Positions 28,099 to 38,314 of a stretch of 64,000 nt of DNA are shown piece after piece. Below the pieces are notes generated by a model. That model worked only from the letters and a program-made list of their open reading frames with translations, was not told the DNA's origin and made no database searches. The DNA is from Chitinophagales bacterium. GTDB taxonomy: Bacteria > Bacteroidota > Bacteroidia > Chitinophagales > Chitinophagaceae. Position 1 is the first letter of the stretch. Each line of letters opens with the position of its first letter. The DNA lies in contig JBBRHM010000001.1 in the NCBI GenBank assembly GCA_038222655.1, forward strand, positions 3,350-67,349, read 5' to 3'. Made by a program: the position numbers and the translations under genes.

Positions 28099-28638
28099 TT
28101 AACTGTCCATCAAACTAATCATCACCCCTAAATCTTTTAAATGCTCTTCATTAAACTCATCGGCAGTGAATAAACCTACCCGTATTTTCTTACCGATTAA
28201 GGGTTCTACGTTTTCAATCAGTTTGTATAAGTAGGGCTTATCAATATCTCCCACTAAAACAAGGTCAACAAAAGTGGAGTTCTTACCCTGGGCGAGATCT
28301 CCGGTGAGATACACTTTATCGACATTGCCTAATTTTTGGATGATTTGTTCTACAATCTGATCGAGGCCCACATATTGTAATATAATGCGCCGTAAAGGGG
28401 TAAACAGGGGGTGTTGGATATTGACTGAATATTGCTTGAGCTTGGTATTTGCTTCCTCTGCCTGCACTTCTATTAGGTGCATATCAGAAAGTTTGTTTAA
28501 CTCAAGCCGGACCGTATTGCTGCTTACTCCCAGTTCCCTCTCTAACCCCCGTAAATATACTTTACTGGCTGGATTGAGTAATAGCTTTGTCAATAACCTG
28601 ACACGAATTTTTCCCGTAAATAGATTGCTTAATACCAA
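28099..28638 (-). CDS. Winged-HTH regulator fused to a degenerate nucleotidyltransferase-fold domain
   Basis: YLRGLERELGVSSNTVRLELNKL wHTH; VYLTGDLAQG...VDLVLVG MNT-like; start reassigned to TTG 28638 (the track GTG 28680 lies in the ops-like element). Confidence 0.7.
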   Translation of the reverse strand: MVLSNLFTGKIRVRLLTKLLLNPASKVYLRGLERELGVSSNTVRLELNKLSDMHLIEVQAEEANTKLKQYSVNIQHPLFTPLRRIILQYVGLDQIVEQIIQKLGNVDKVYLTGDLAQGKNSTFVDLVLVGDIDKPYLYKLIENVEPLIGKKIRVGLFTADEFNEEHLKDLGVMISLMDS

Positions 28639-28667
28639 TAGTAAGGGTTGAAATGTAAGATGCAAGA

Positions 28668-28683
28668 ACGGCTTCGCCACCGT
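28668..28683 (-). promoter_or_regulatory. ops-like pause/antitermination element (ACGGTGGCGAAGCCGT)
   Basis: GGCGAAGCC core in the leader of a polysaccharide operon, about 30 nt before the first start codon; resembles GCGnAGC ops cores of RfaH/UpxY loci. Confidence 0.5.
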
Positions 28684-28954
28684 GACTCACATACATTGAG
28701 CAGCAGAATGACACATTATCGAGTAGCTAAACTAAATTAATATGTGTTAATATTCAAAAAGATTTAATAGGACTTAGTAGAAAAACCACTCTTTGGTTCC
28801 CTGATAGTATAACCACTATGAAATTGATCTAATTTATGTAGTTCAATTTATTGAAAAAAAAGTATTTAAATGATAGCAAATATGTTTCTAAAAAAATGAT
28901 TACCAATACTTTAGATATTATTCGGGAGGTTGCGTGAAATGTTCAAATGAGGTG

Positions 28955-28985
28955 CAAATATAGGGGGGATAGGTTGGCCTGCAAA
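28955..28985 (-). promoter_or_regulatory. Bacteroidota primary-sigma promoter (-33 TTTG, 19-nt spacer, -7 TATATTTG)
   Basis: Minus strand TTTG-caggccaacctatcccccc-TATATTTG is an exact consensus match. Confidence 0.75.
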
Positions 28986-29069
28986 AAGTTTTGAACAAAG
29001 GGAAGAGAAAGATCTGCTCGGGTAAGATTCCACACTTCCCTAAGACGTCCGAGATGGCGGCCAGCTAAA

Positions 29070-30002
29070 TCAATCCCAATGCTCCTCCTTAACCATCTCA
29101 TAAACTTTTGCAATCCCTTCTTCCAAACCAATCGATGCTTTCCAGCCAAGAGCATTCATTTTAGAAACATCCATTAATTTTTTGGGGGTGCCATCTGGTT
29201 TGCTTTGATCCAGACAGATCTGACCTTTATAACCAACAATTCCTTGCACCAGATGGGCCAGTTCCATTATGGAAATATCCTTTCCAGAGCCTACATTTAT
29301 GAGGCCCTTCTCATTGTAGTTTCTCATCAGGAAAAGACATGCATCCGCAAGATCATCCACATGCAAAAATTCTCTTTGGGGTGTACCTGTTCCCCAAAGA
29401 ATCACAGAAGGATCACCATTTCTTTTAGCCACAATGAATTTTCTTAATAACGCAGGTAATACATGTGATTTTTCGAGATCATAATTATCATTTGGACCAT
29501 ACAGGTTCGAAGGCATTACTGAAATAAAATTGTCGCCATATTGTGCCCTGTAAGAGTCGCACAACTCAATTCCTGCGATCTTGGCAATTGCATAGGGTTG
29601 ATTGGTATGCTCGAGATAACCTGATAATATATATTCTTCTTTTAACGGCTGTGGTGCTTTTTTGGGATAAATGCAGGATGACCCCAGGAAAAGAAGCTTG
29701 GTAACCTTATTAATATGCGATGCATGTATAACATTTGCTTCGATTAGAAGGTTTTGGTATATAAAATCAGCACGATAAGTATCATTGGCAATAATTCCAC
29801 CAACTTTTGCTGCAGCAAGAAAAACAAAATCCGGCTTAGTTTCTTCAAAGAAATTATTTACTGATTGCTGGTTGCGTAGGTCTAACGCTTCTGATGTGCG
29901 GGTTATTATATCTGAATAGCCATCCTGCACCAAACGTCGCATTATTGCGCTGCCAACCATTCCCCTATGCCCTGCTATGTATATTTTAGCGACTTTATCC
30001 AT
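29070..30002 (-). CDS. fcl: GDP-L-fucose synthase
   Basis: AGHRGMVGSA, AAAKVGGI, LGSSCIYP, YAIAKIAG, NLYGPNDN, HVLPALL. Confidence 0.95.
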   Translation of the reverse strand: MDKVAKIYIAGHRGMVGSAIMRRLVQDGYSDIITRTSEALDLRNQQSVNNFFEETKPDFVFLAAAKVGGIIANDTYRADFIYQNLLIEANVIHASHINKVTKLLFLGSSCIYPKKAPQPLKEEYILSGYLEHTNQPYAIAKIAGIELCDSYRAQYGDNFISVMPSNLYGPNDNYDLEKSHVLPALLRKFIVAKRNGDPSVILWGTGTPQREFLHVDDLADACLFLMRNYNEKGLINVGSGKDISIMELAHLVQGIVGYKGQICLDQSKPDGTPKKLMDVSKMNALGWKASIGLEEGIAKVYEMVKEEHWD

Positions 30003-30025
30003 TTGTTCTCTTGTCTTACTATCAC

Positions 30026-31135
30026 TTATTCAAATTCATTCTTAACATCAAACCCGCTGTTTTTTAAGAACTGTTGCTTTTCAAATATCCTGATATCACT
30101 GGCTACCATTTCTTTAATCGTATCAGCCAAGGTATACTTTGGTTTCCATCCCAGTTTCTGGTTTGCTTTTGTTGCATCGCCAATCAGCAGATCTACTTCT
30201 GTAGGGCGGAAATAACGTTTGTCTACTTTCACAACTTCTTTTCCTATTGCAATTTGATGTTGACCGGTGCAGGTTGTTACTACACCAATTTCTGTTGCAT
30301 CTTTTCCTTCAAATTTTATTTCAACACCAATCTCTTTGAAAGCAAGCCTTACAAAATCCCTGATGCGCGTAGTAACACCGGTGGCAATCACAAAATCTTC
30401 CGGCTTTTCCTGTTGCAGCATCAGCCACATTGCTTCTACATAATCTTTTGCGTGGCCCCAATCCCTTTGTGCGTCGAGGTTTCCGAGGTATACGGTATCC
30501 TGCAAACCAAGTGCGATCTTTGCTACTGCCCGCGTGATCTTGCGTGTAACAAATGTTTCACCACGAAGCGGAGATTCATGGTTAAATAAAATACCATTAC
30601 ATGCAAACATATTATACGCTTCCCTGTAATTTACAGTAATCCAAAAGGCGTACATTTTCGCAACAGCATAAGGCGATCTTGGATAAAATGGCGTCGTTTC
30701 ACTTTGCGGTACTGCCTGAACAAGACCGTATAATTCTGATGTGGATGCCTGGTATACTTTTGTTTTACTGATCAAACCTAAGAGCCTAACAGCTTCTAAT
30801 ATTCTCAAAGTGCCTATACCATCTACATCGGCTGTATATTCAGGGGTTTCAAAACTCACTTGTACATGGCTCATCGCTGCAAGATTATATATTTCATCAG
30901 GCTGTACTTCCTGAATGATCCTGATCAGGTTTGTGGAATCAGAGAGATCCCCATAATGCAGTATCAAATGCCTGTCTGGTATATGTGGATCTTCGTAGAA
31001 ATGATCAATCCTGCTGGTATTTAAAAGGGAGCTTCTCCTTTTTATACCATGTACTTCGTAACCTTTTTTCAGTAATAGCTCTGCCAGATAAGCACCATCC
31101 TGTCCTGTAATCCCTGTTATTAATGCTCGCTTCAT
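30026..31135 (-). CDS. gmd: GDP-mannose 4,6-dehydratase
   Basis: [44 protein letters not shown]. Confidence 0.97.
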   Translation of the reverse strand: MKRALITGITGQDGAYLAELLLKKGYEVHGIKRRSSLLNTSRIDHFYEDPHIPDRHLILHYGDLSDSTNLIRIIQEVQPDEIYNLAAMSHVQVSFETPEYTADVDGIGTLRILEAVRLLGLISKTKVYQASTSELYGLVQAVPQSETTPFYPRSPYAVAKMYAFWITVNYREAYNMFACNGILFNHESPLRGETFVTRKITRAVAKIALGLQDTVYLGNLDAQRDWGHAKDYVEAMWLMLQQEKPEDFVIATGVTTRIRDFVRLAFKEIGVEIKFEGKDATEIGVVTTCTGQHQIAIGKEVVKVDKRYFRPTEVDLLIGDATKANQKLGWKPKYTLADTIKEMVASDIRIFEKQQFLKNSGFDVKNEFE

Positions 31136-31223
31136 AATACTGAATTAGAAATTGATCTTTGAATTTGCAAAGTAACGGTTTTCAAGAAATTATTAATGAG
31201 AAGATGCCGGTAATGACAGATAG

Positions 31224-32501
31224 TTACAGCCGCGCATCAACCAGTTTCCTTTCAATAAAACCCTGCGTATCAAATATGACCGCACCTTCTTTTTTAAACA
31301 ATGAAAAATCTATTTCTTTAAATTCTTCGTGTGCCACTGCCAATATCACTGCATCAAAATCATAACTGATTGATTCTAGTAACAGAATACCATACTCAGC
31401 AAAAACCTCCGTACTATTGGCCCACGGATCGTATACATTGGTTTCGATGCCCGCCTGAACAAGTGTTCGATAAATGTCTACCGTTTTTGTATTTCTTGTA
31501 TCTGAACAATTTTCTTTAAACGAAATTCCTAATATCAGTGCTTTAGCGCCGTTGATCATTCCTTTCTTTTTTGCAGCCAGCATCGCAATCGTTTTTTCGG
31601 CAACAAATAGTCCCATCTGTTCGTTTACTTTTCTGCCCGATAAAATAACAGCAGGCTGATATCCCAATGCAATGGCTTTGTGTGCGAGATAATGTGGGTC
31701 TACACTAATACAATGCCCACCAACTAATCCCGGTTTGAAAGGAAGAAAATTCCATTTTGTAGCAGCCGCCGCAAGTACATCCTGCGTATCAATTCCCATT
31801 CGGTCGAAGATCAGTGCGAGTTCATTCATAAAAGAAATGTTCACATCACGCTGCGCGTTTTCAATGGCTTTGGAGGCTTCGGCTACTTTGATACTTGGCG
31901 CTTTGTGCGTGCCTGCTATGATGATGCTTGCATATAATGCATCCACAACCGTTGCAATTTCTGGTGTGGACCCTGACGTGACTTTTTTTATGTTAATGAG
32001 TTTGCGCGTTTTATCACCCGGATTAATGCGTTCGGGCGAATAACCACAATAAAAATCTTTATTGTATACAAGGCCGCTTGTTTTTTCCAATACAGGTACA
32101 CAATCTTCTTCTGTACAACCGGGGTATACCGTTGACTCATAGATAACCAAATCCTCTTTTTTAAGCAGCCTTCCTATCATTGTTGAAGCATTTACCAGAA
32201 ACTGCAGGTCGGGTTTTTTATCGGCATCAAGCGGTGTGGGAACCGTAACAATAAATACATTGCAGTTCTTCAATTCATTTTCAACATCGGTAAAGCTGAG
32301 ATTGGTAGCTTTTTGTAACTCATCTGTTGTTAGTTCTTTGGTACGGTCAATGCCTTGTTTTAATTCGGCTATCCTTTCTGCATTGGTATCAAATCCGATC
32401 ACGCGGTATTTATCTGCAAACGCAACTGCCAGTGGAAGCCCTACATAACCCAGCCCTATTACTGCTATTGTATATGTTGAATGGAGAGAAGCCTGGTTCA
32501 T
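31224..32501 (-). CDS. tviB: UDP-N-acetylhexosamine 6-dehydrogenase (TviB/WbpO family)
   Basis: IGLGYVGLP, TVPTP, YESTVYPG, SPERINPG, KAIENAQRD, GGHCI, FKENC. Confidence 0.88.
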   Translation of the reverse strand: MNQASLHSTYTIAVIGLGYVGLPLAVAFADKYRVIGFDTNAERIAELKQGIDRTKELTTDELQKATNLSFTDVENELKNCNVFIVTVPTPLDADKKPDLQFLVNASTMIGRLLKKEDLVIYESTVYPGCTEEDCVPVLEKTSGLVYNKDFYCGYSPERINPGDKTRKLINIKKVTSGSTPEIATVVDALYASIIIAGTHKAPSIKVAEASKAIENAQRDVNISFMNELALIFDRMGIDTQDVLAAAATKWNFLPFKPGLVGGHCISVDPHYLAHKAIALGYQPAVILSGRKVNEQMGLFVAEKTIAMLAAKKKGMINGAKALILGISFKENCSDTRNTKTVDIYRTLVQAGIETNVYDPWANSTEVFAEYGILLLESISYDFDAVILAVAHEEFKEIDFSLFKKEGAVIFDTQGFIERKLVDARL

Positions 32502-32568
32502 GTGGACAAATTAACCATTATTTACGAAGAGGAATGTTTGAGTGGGTAAAGGGAAGGGTGCATAACAA

Positions 32569-33048
32569 TTAAGCTGACTGTAATAAACAGGCCGCATGGG
32601 CCACCAGCCCTTCCTTTCTGCCAACAAAACCCATTGTTTCAGTAGTGGTGGCTTTAATGGAAACATCTTTTATGGTGAGATGGAGTATATCTGCAATCAC
32701 CTGTTGCATCTGCGGTACGAAAGGCATTATTTTAGGAGATTCCAGACAAAGTGTAGAATCAATATTGATGATGGAATAACCCTCCGCCTTAATCAGTGCA
32801 TAGGCTTTAGACAATAATATTTTACTATCAATACTTTTAAATTCAGCAGATGTATCGGGAAAATGAACACCGATATCACCCAGACAAGCCGCACCCAGCA
32901 AGGCATCACAGATAGCATGCAGCAAAACATCCGCATCACTGTGGCCCAATGCCCCTTTTTCATGGGGTATTTTAACTCCGCCAATGAATAGATCACGGCC
33001 TTCTACTAATTGATGGAAATCGATACCGTAACCGATGCGTATTGACAT
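32569..33048 (-). CDS. ispF: 2-C-methyl-D-erythritol 2,4-cyclodiphosphate synthase
   Basis: [44 protein letters not shown]; true start ATG 33048. Confidence 0.96.
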   Translation of the reverse strand: MSIRIGYGIDFHQLVEGRDLFIGGVKIPHEKGALGHSDADVLLHAICDALLGAACLGDIGVHFPDTSAEFKSIDSKILLSKAYALIKAEGYSIINIDSTLCLESPKIMPFVPQMQQVIADILHLTIKDVSIKATTTETMGFVGRKEGLVAHAACLLQSA

Positions 33049-33070
33049 TAATAGCTGTTTAAAATTATTT

Positions 33071-33390
33071 AACTCACCCTGGCTTCGCTTCGCTGGCCAC
33101 CCCTCTCTGCTTCGCAAAGAGGGGGAAGATCTCTCCCCTCTCCACAAAGTGGATAGGGGCCGGGGGTGAGGTTATTAGTCACTTAAATTAAACACAATCC
33201 CAAACCGGATCGTATTAGACAATGCATTTCAACTCACCCCGGCCTCGCTTCGCTGGCCACCCCTCTCTGCTTCGCAAAGAGGGGGAGGATTTCTCCCCTC
33301 TCCACAAAGTGGAGAGGGGCCGGGGGTGAGGTTATTCGTCACTTAAATTAAATACAATCCCAAACCGGATCGTATTGGACAATGGATTTC
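33071..33390. repeat. 160-bp tandem duplication made of a REP-like palindrome plus the porV 3' end
   Basis: 33071-33230 vs 33231-33390 aligned by hand: 9 mismatches in 160 nt; copy 2 includes the porV stop region. Confidence 0.95.
33233..33330. repeat. REP-like GC-rich multi-hairpin element (second copy at 33073-33170)
   Basis: Outer arms CTCACCCCGGCC/GGCCGGGGGTGAG, inner hairpins CCCTCTCTGC-TTC-GCAAAGAGGG and perfect CCCCTCTCCAC-AAA-GTGGAGAGGGG. Confidence 0.8.
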
Positions 33391-34483
33391 TGGTTACCCC
33401 GCTTCCTGAAGGTACCAGGTAGGAAAAATTAATATTCAGCTTATCCAGGTTAAACCCTGCTCCCAATGAAAAGAATTTACGGTTACCCCTGTTTTTATTT
33501 TCGTAAAAATAACCCGCCCTCACAAAGAACTGATCATTATATGCATACTCCGCACCCAATGATGCCTGTAAAGAATTTAATTGATTGGTACCATCGCTGA
33601 ATGATTTTGTATAACTCGAGATGACACCCGTATTACGGTACTCAGAAAGTTTTGCTGAATCCGTTGAAAAATTACCGGTTGCTGTGGGCGCTGAAGGAAC
33701 CAGCAGCTTATTAATATCTAATCCAAATGTGATCTTATTGCTTTCATTGATGGCACGCGTATAAGAAAGTCCTGCTCCCAGATTAGCAGGGATATAATCC
33801 TTGTTACGTGAATCATTGGTATAGCCGATTTTACTGCCGAGGTTTGATAACACTACTCCCCAGTTAAGTCCTTCTCCTTCCGCATTCACACCATGATAAA
33901 ACAAAGACACATCACCGGCAACGGCATTGCCTGCCTTGTATACCACGCCGGTACCCACATCGCCTATCACCAATCTTGAATTGATATAGCGCAGTGCCAC
34001 ACCAATACTCAGCTTTTCATTTATTATCCGCGAATAGCCTGCATCGATAGAGAATTCACTGGGCTTTACCGTATTCAAAATATTACCGGAATAATCGGTT
34101 AACTGGATATTACCGAGACTGAAATAACGAAGTGAGGTAGAAATGGCGCTCTGGTCGTCTAACTTGTAATAAGCCGCAAGACTGGCCAGGTACACATCAT
34201 TCAATCCCAGGTCCTTTAACCAGGGTGTATAATTTACGGCCACTGCCGAGCGCTTCTTTGCAAAAGGCACTTTGGCGAGGTTCCAGAAAGGGGCATTTGC
34301 ATCCGGGGAGGTGGCAATGGCAAGGTCGCCCATACCACCCGCTCGCGCATCCGGTGATATACGCAGAAAAGGAACTGCTGTAGACACAATATTGATAGAA
34401 TCTGCTTGTGCCTGTGATGTAACGACTGCAAAAATAACAGCCATTACTACCATACTTGATTTTTTCAAAATAGAACGCATCAA
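33332..34483 (-). CDS. porV: Type IX secretion outer-membrane shuttle PorV
   Basis: TAVPFLRISPDARAGGMGD, YTPWL, YFSLG, GAEY.Y, RKFF.LGAG; lies downstream of porU. Confidence 0.92.
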   Translation of the reverse strand: MMRSILKKSSMVVMAVIFAVVTSQAQADSINIVSTAVPFLRISPDARAGGMGDLAIATSPDANAPFWNLAKVPFAKKRSAVAVNYTPWLKDLGLNDVYLASLAAYYKLDDQSAISTSLRYFSLGNIQLTDYSGNILNTVKPSEFSIDAGYSRIINEKLSIGVALRYINSRLVIGDVGTGVVYKAGNAVAGDVSLFYHGVNAEGEGLNWGVVLSNLGSKIGYTNDSRNKDYIPANLGAGLSYTRAINESNKITFGLDINKLLVPSAPTATGNFSTDSAKLSEYRNTGVISSYTKSFSDGTNQLNSLQASLGAEYAYNDQFFVRAGYFYENKNRGNRKFFSLGAGFNLDKLNINFSYLVPSGSGVTRNPLSNTIRFGIVFNLSDE

Positions 34484-34702
34484 AAAGGATTTGATTTTAC
34501 AATGATAAAATGTAAGAGCATAAAATCATAGTATTCGCTTGCCGGGCAAAAAAAGATTATGAAAGCCTTGTCTTTTCTTACGCCGTCAACCACGGGAACA
34601 ACTATTTTTTTTCAAAAAATGATTGTTCCGCCAATACAATGATATTAAATAAAACAGTAACCTAAAAAATCAATAGAGTAGAAATCAAGCCATTCGGAAA
34701 AT

Positions 34703-37700
34703 TTAGAGGATCATCAATTGCTGGGTGCTTTCTGTTTTATTACCACCTGCAACAACCATTACACGGTAAATATAAATACCTTTTGCCAATTTTGCACCTG
34801 ATTGGTTATCTCCCTCCCATTTTATCTGGCAATTGCGGGTTCCTCCTGTATTTACCACCTGCCTTATCTCCTTTACAAAAGCCCCTGTGGTGTTATAAAT
34901 ACGGATAGTAACATCAAGGTCGGTGTTTGGCTGGTTATGCTCAAAAGCAAAAACGGTGGAAACCCTGAATGGATTGGGATAATTGCGCACATTACTAATC
35001 TGCAATTGCGTTTGCTTTGCTACCATAAATGTTATGGTTGCCTCACTTGAATTATTAGCCACATCCCATGCTTTTATGCGTATGGTATGTTTTCCCTCCG
35101 ATAATGTGGGTAACTGAAAACGGACCCGTCCTTCCTGGTAACTGTCAAGCAATGCGGTATAAAAACTATTCAACACTAAAACATTCCGTTCATTACCATC
35201 GATCACGGCAGTAATATCATGACCGATTCCATTGCCTGAAGTGCTGATGCCGGATGAATCAAAGAGCTTTGCCAATAGTACCGGATTCTCATGGGTAAGT
35301 CCTCCATCCTTAAATTTATCATCATTGATATAGAGATTGATAACGGGGCCGGCATTATCAGCCAACACATTGTTTGTTGTTCCTCCAATATAAAAAGAGG
35401 TATTGATTCCATTGGCATCCCGTTTTCCGTCATCCGCATATAAACTGATACGTGCTTTTCCGGCCTGGTAATTAATATCCTTTGGTACAATAAAGGAAAA
35501 ACTAAAACTGCCATTTGTCACCGTTGCTTCGGCTTTGTACAATACACCGGTTTGCTGGGTAAAAGTTGTTACGGGACTTGCCGCATCATTACCCAATGTC
35601 TTTACCTGTTGGGCCTTATCAAAAACAACAGGACTTAATTTTCCATTAAAATCCGTAACCGGGTTACCGGATGCATCTGTTACGATACCGGTAAATGTAT
35701 ATTTTCCCAAAGCATGCAATGTATCGGCGCCTGTGATGGATTGATTATTGATGGAAGTTAGCTGAAGTCTAAGTTCAGGAAAACCCAAGCGCATGGCGGG
35801 GTCACCGAGTAAAGTGAATTTGCGATTATTTAAAACATCACCCGAACTTTGCTGGGTAAAATTTTTCGCTTTTTGCACCGATTCACCCAAACTTAGGTAC
35901 TGCCCATTTGAAAGAGGTTGCAAAGCTATCCTGAGATAATTATCATTGATCAATCGATTACTATACGCAAATACCAGCCGTGTAGTGGTAAGCAAAGCAA
36001 TGGCTCCATTGGAATTGCCGGTTAAAATTGCGGCACCCAAAGAGTTTTTTGCAGGATCGTCGTGGGGTGCAAAATCACAACTGGCAGTAATAAAGAGAGG
36101 AAGTTTATTTGAGTTATTAAACCGGTTAAGCTCCTCCTGCGTAACTACAGCTTCTTCGGCCAAACGCTGGTAACTACCGTGACCGCTGTAATTAAAAATC
36201 AGTGTGCCATCAAACACCTGGTTTACAATCGCATCATTCACTGCAGGATAACGTGCACCACCACTACCACTTTGTAATGGATAGGCATCCAGGTAAATTT
36301 TATATTGATTGAATAAAGGATTTGCATTGGCAGCATCCGCTGAAATAGTTTCTGCATCGGAAAGATGGAGGTTATTATCCTGGTCATCCGCCACAAAAAC
36401 GGTTTTATTATGCCAGGCGCCAAGGCTTTCTTTGCTATGATAGCGGATGATCTTGTCTACCATAATCTTTGCCTCAGCTGCATTGCGCGCAGGTATCCTG
36501 CCGATACCAATATCCAGCAAGGAAGCAGTATTGTTTTGATTGATGTCATCCGAATCATCCAGCAACCCGAAAAAATCATCAGAAGTATAGGTATTCAGCG
36601 GGTCGAGTGAATTGATGCTTTCATATCCGGGCACCAGGTTAACATTGCCCGTTACCCGTGAACGGTAATCGTAAGAAGCGGTTCCGAATAACAAAAGATA
36701 TTTGGGGCGCTGCGAAATAGTTGCGCCCGCTTTATCATAAAACATTTTTACAAAATCGCGGATCGCCGTGGGATCAGGTGTGCCGCTGGCAAATTCCTGA
36801 AAAATCTGATCAGTAGTGGCAACCACCATTTTATACCCATCTCTTTGCTGGTGAAACTGTGCAAGCCGCTGCGCTTCTACTAACAGTGAAGCATGGGTAA
36901 TGATCAAAAAATCTGCAGTGGTCGCATTATGCAGGTCCTGATTGGGTTGCTTGCCAAGAGCAAATGGGGTAAGCAGACCGGTATTTGCAAAAGCTACATA
37001 TTCCCTCAACCTTGATGCATCATTCGTAAAATTGGTTTGTGTTCCGGTAGTATTTGCATTCATTTTTTGTGGCTGCAAAGGATCAGTTATATCCCAGACA
37101 TTGGTAGTTGTGCTGCCATTACTGATCGTATAAGCTGCCACTGCACTGGGTTGTACAGGTTTCCAGTCCCGAAAAAATAATGTGTTAGTGCCAGTAAGAG
37201 AAAGATTTCTTCTACCAAATACTTCAAACCCGTTGAGCCAGCCCTTTGCTCCTGAAACGGGGGAACTAAAAGCAAAACTTACCGCAATACTTGTCTGGCT
37301 TACCGTAAATAAATTACGCTGGCTAGAAGACACACCATAGGCATCTAAAAAATTGCCGCTTACACCCGGAAGATTTACTGACTGAACCAACTGCCCATTT
37401 ACCGAAACATCAAATTTACCATTAGCTCCAACACTACGGGAAGCAAGATCGGAAATCAATGTAACCGGCTGGCCAGTTAACAATCCCGGCCAGTCAATCG
37501 TGAATGAACGGCTTGTTATAGCACCCGGGGAATTGGTAAATTCTTCCCCATACCATTCTTTGCCACTGTTGAGTAAATTAACCAGGTCATTCTCATAAAA
37601 ATATCTTTCCTGGTAAGTGTTTACAGTAACCGTTGGCTGTGCAGCCAATGGTTGGAGCGATATTCTTTTTCCTGTTCCACCAAGGGTGATATAATAAAAA

Positions 37701-38125
37701 GCAGTATCCGTATACAGGTTCTTTTGATGTATAAAACTTTGACGGGTACTGTCTTTTTTCCAGCGTTGCGGGCCGGCTGCATAGAAAATAAAATAGTCTG
37801 TACCGTTAAAAATCCCATCGCCTCCATCTACCATCTCAATAGGGTTTTCAAAAAGATCATCCGTTCGGGGTAAGGCGTTATTTTCTTCCAGCATGCCACC
37901 ACCATTTCCATATAACCGGATAGATGAGGAGCTAAGATTGGCAGTAGCAATACCTAATGCGGATAGCATTGATGCATCTACTTTATACAAGCCTTCCTGT
38001 TTTACGCCTATTTTATACCAATTACCGGTAGCAAGAACGGAATGTGCAGAATAACTACGTTGTGCGGTAGCCAGCCCTACAAAAAACAGCGTGAAAACTA
38101 TCATTAAAAGCCCCTTCCCCTTCAT
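34703..38125 (-). CDS. porU: Type IX secretion sortase PorU (peptidase C25 plus CTD)
   Basis: GKEWYGE, C25 His/Cys motifs YSGHG and ITASCDF, LLGDP, C-terminal NYPNPF CTD. Confidence 0.93.
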   Translation of the reverse strand: MKGKGLLMIVFTLFFVGLATAQRSYSAHSVLATGNWYKIGVKQEGLYKVDASMLSALGIATANLSSSSIRLYGNGGGMLEENNALPRTDDLFENPIEMVDGGDGIFNGTDYFIFYAAGPQRWKKDSTRQSFIHQKNLYTDTAFYYITLGGTGKRISLQPLAAQPTVTVNTYQERYFYENDLVNLLNSGKEWYGEEFTNSPGAITSRSFTIDWPGLLTGQPVTLISDLASRSVGANGKFDVSVNGQLVQSVNLPGVSGNFLDAYGVSSSQRNLFTVSQTSIAVSFAFSSPVSGAKGWLNGFEVFGRRNLSLTGTNTLFFRDWKPVQPSAVAAYTISNGSTTTNVWDITDPLQPQKMNANTTGTQTNFTNDASRLREYVAFANTGLLTPFALGKQPNQDLHNATTADFLIITHASLLVEAQRLAQFHQQRDGYKMVVATTDQIFQEFASGTPDPTAIRDFVKMFYDKAGATISQRPKYLLLFGTASYDYRSRVTGNVNLVPGYESINSLDPLNTYTSDDFFGLLDDSDDINQNNTASLLDIGIGRIPARNAAEAKIMVDKIIRYHSKESLGAWHNKTVFVADDQDNNLHLSDAETISADAANANPLFNQYKIYLDAYPLQSGSGGARYPAVNDAIVNQVFDGTLIFNYSGHGSYQRLAEEAVVTQEELNRFNNSNKLPLFITASCDFAPHDDPAKNSLGAAILTGNSNGAIALLTTTRLVFAYSNRLINDNYLRIALQPLSNGQYLSLGESVQKAKNFTQQSSGDVLNNRKFTLLGDPAMRLGFPELRLQLTSINNQSITGADTLHALGKYTFTGIVTDASGNPVTDFNGKLSPVVFDKAQQVKTLGNDAASPVTTFTQQTGVLYKAEATVTNGSFSFSFIVPKDINYQAGKARISLYADDGKRDANGINTSFYIGGTTNNVLADNAGPVINLYINDDKFKDGGLTHENPVLLAKLFDSSGISTSGNGIGHDITAVIDGNERNVLVLNSFYTALLDSYQEGRVRFQLPTLSEGKHTIRIKAWDVANNSSEATITFMVAKQTQLQISNVRNYPNPFRVSTVFAFEHNQPNTDLDVTIRIYNTTGAFVKEIRQVVNTGGTRNCQIKWEGDNQSGAKLAKGIYIYRVMVVAGGNKTESTQQLMIL

Positions 38126-38314
38126 ATCATTGTATAAGATCGTTTAAAAACAGGCAGCGCTTGCCAAACATTCAGAATCCTGTTTAAAATTAGGCTTTTG
38201 CTAACAGACAAAAGGACAGCAGCTTTTAAAATCATTAACGGAAATCTTATATATTCGCATATACGTTTTCCAAATATCTATTAGAAACCTATATTCCAAA
38301 TTCAATCTATCGAC

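Noticed and set aside
28639-28680. GTG start and N-terminal MAKPFLHL... for the wHTH regulator
   Set aside because: The extension overlaps the ops-like element and precedes the point where family-like sequence begins; TTG 28638 is preferred.
28940-28997. 8-bp inverted repeat (TGTTCAAA/TTTGAACA) bracketing the capsule promoter as an invertible switch
   Set aside because: Arms are short, the span is only 58 bp and no recombinase is in the window; it could be chance or an operator. Read-orientation analysis would settle it.
28943-29155. 70-aa minus-strand ORF overlapping the fcl end
   Set aside because: Overlaps fcl out of frame and runs through the promoter; no motif.
33049-33147. 33-aa N-terminal extension of IspF (MWRGERSS...)
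   Set aside because: It is read-through of the REP palindrome; the conserved IspF start MSIRIG is at 33048.
33071-33390. Possible CRISPR array
   Set aside because: Only two 160-bp units, the would-be spacers are near-identical to each other and to porV, and no cas genes are present.
34595-34629. AT-rich hairpin between porU and porV
   Set aside because: Weak, mismatched stem with no clear U-tract; function cannot be supported.
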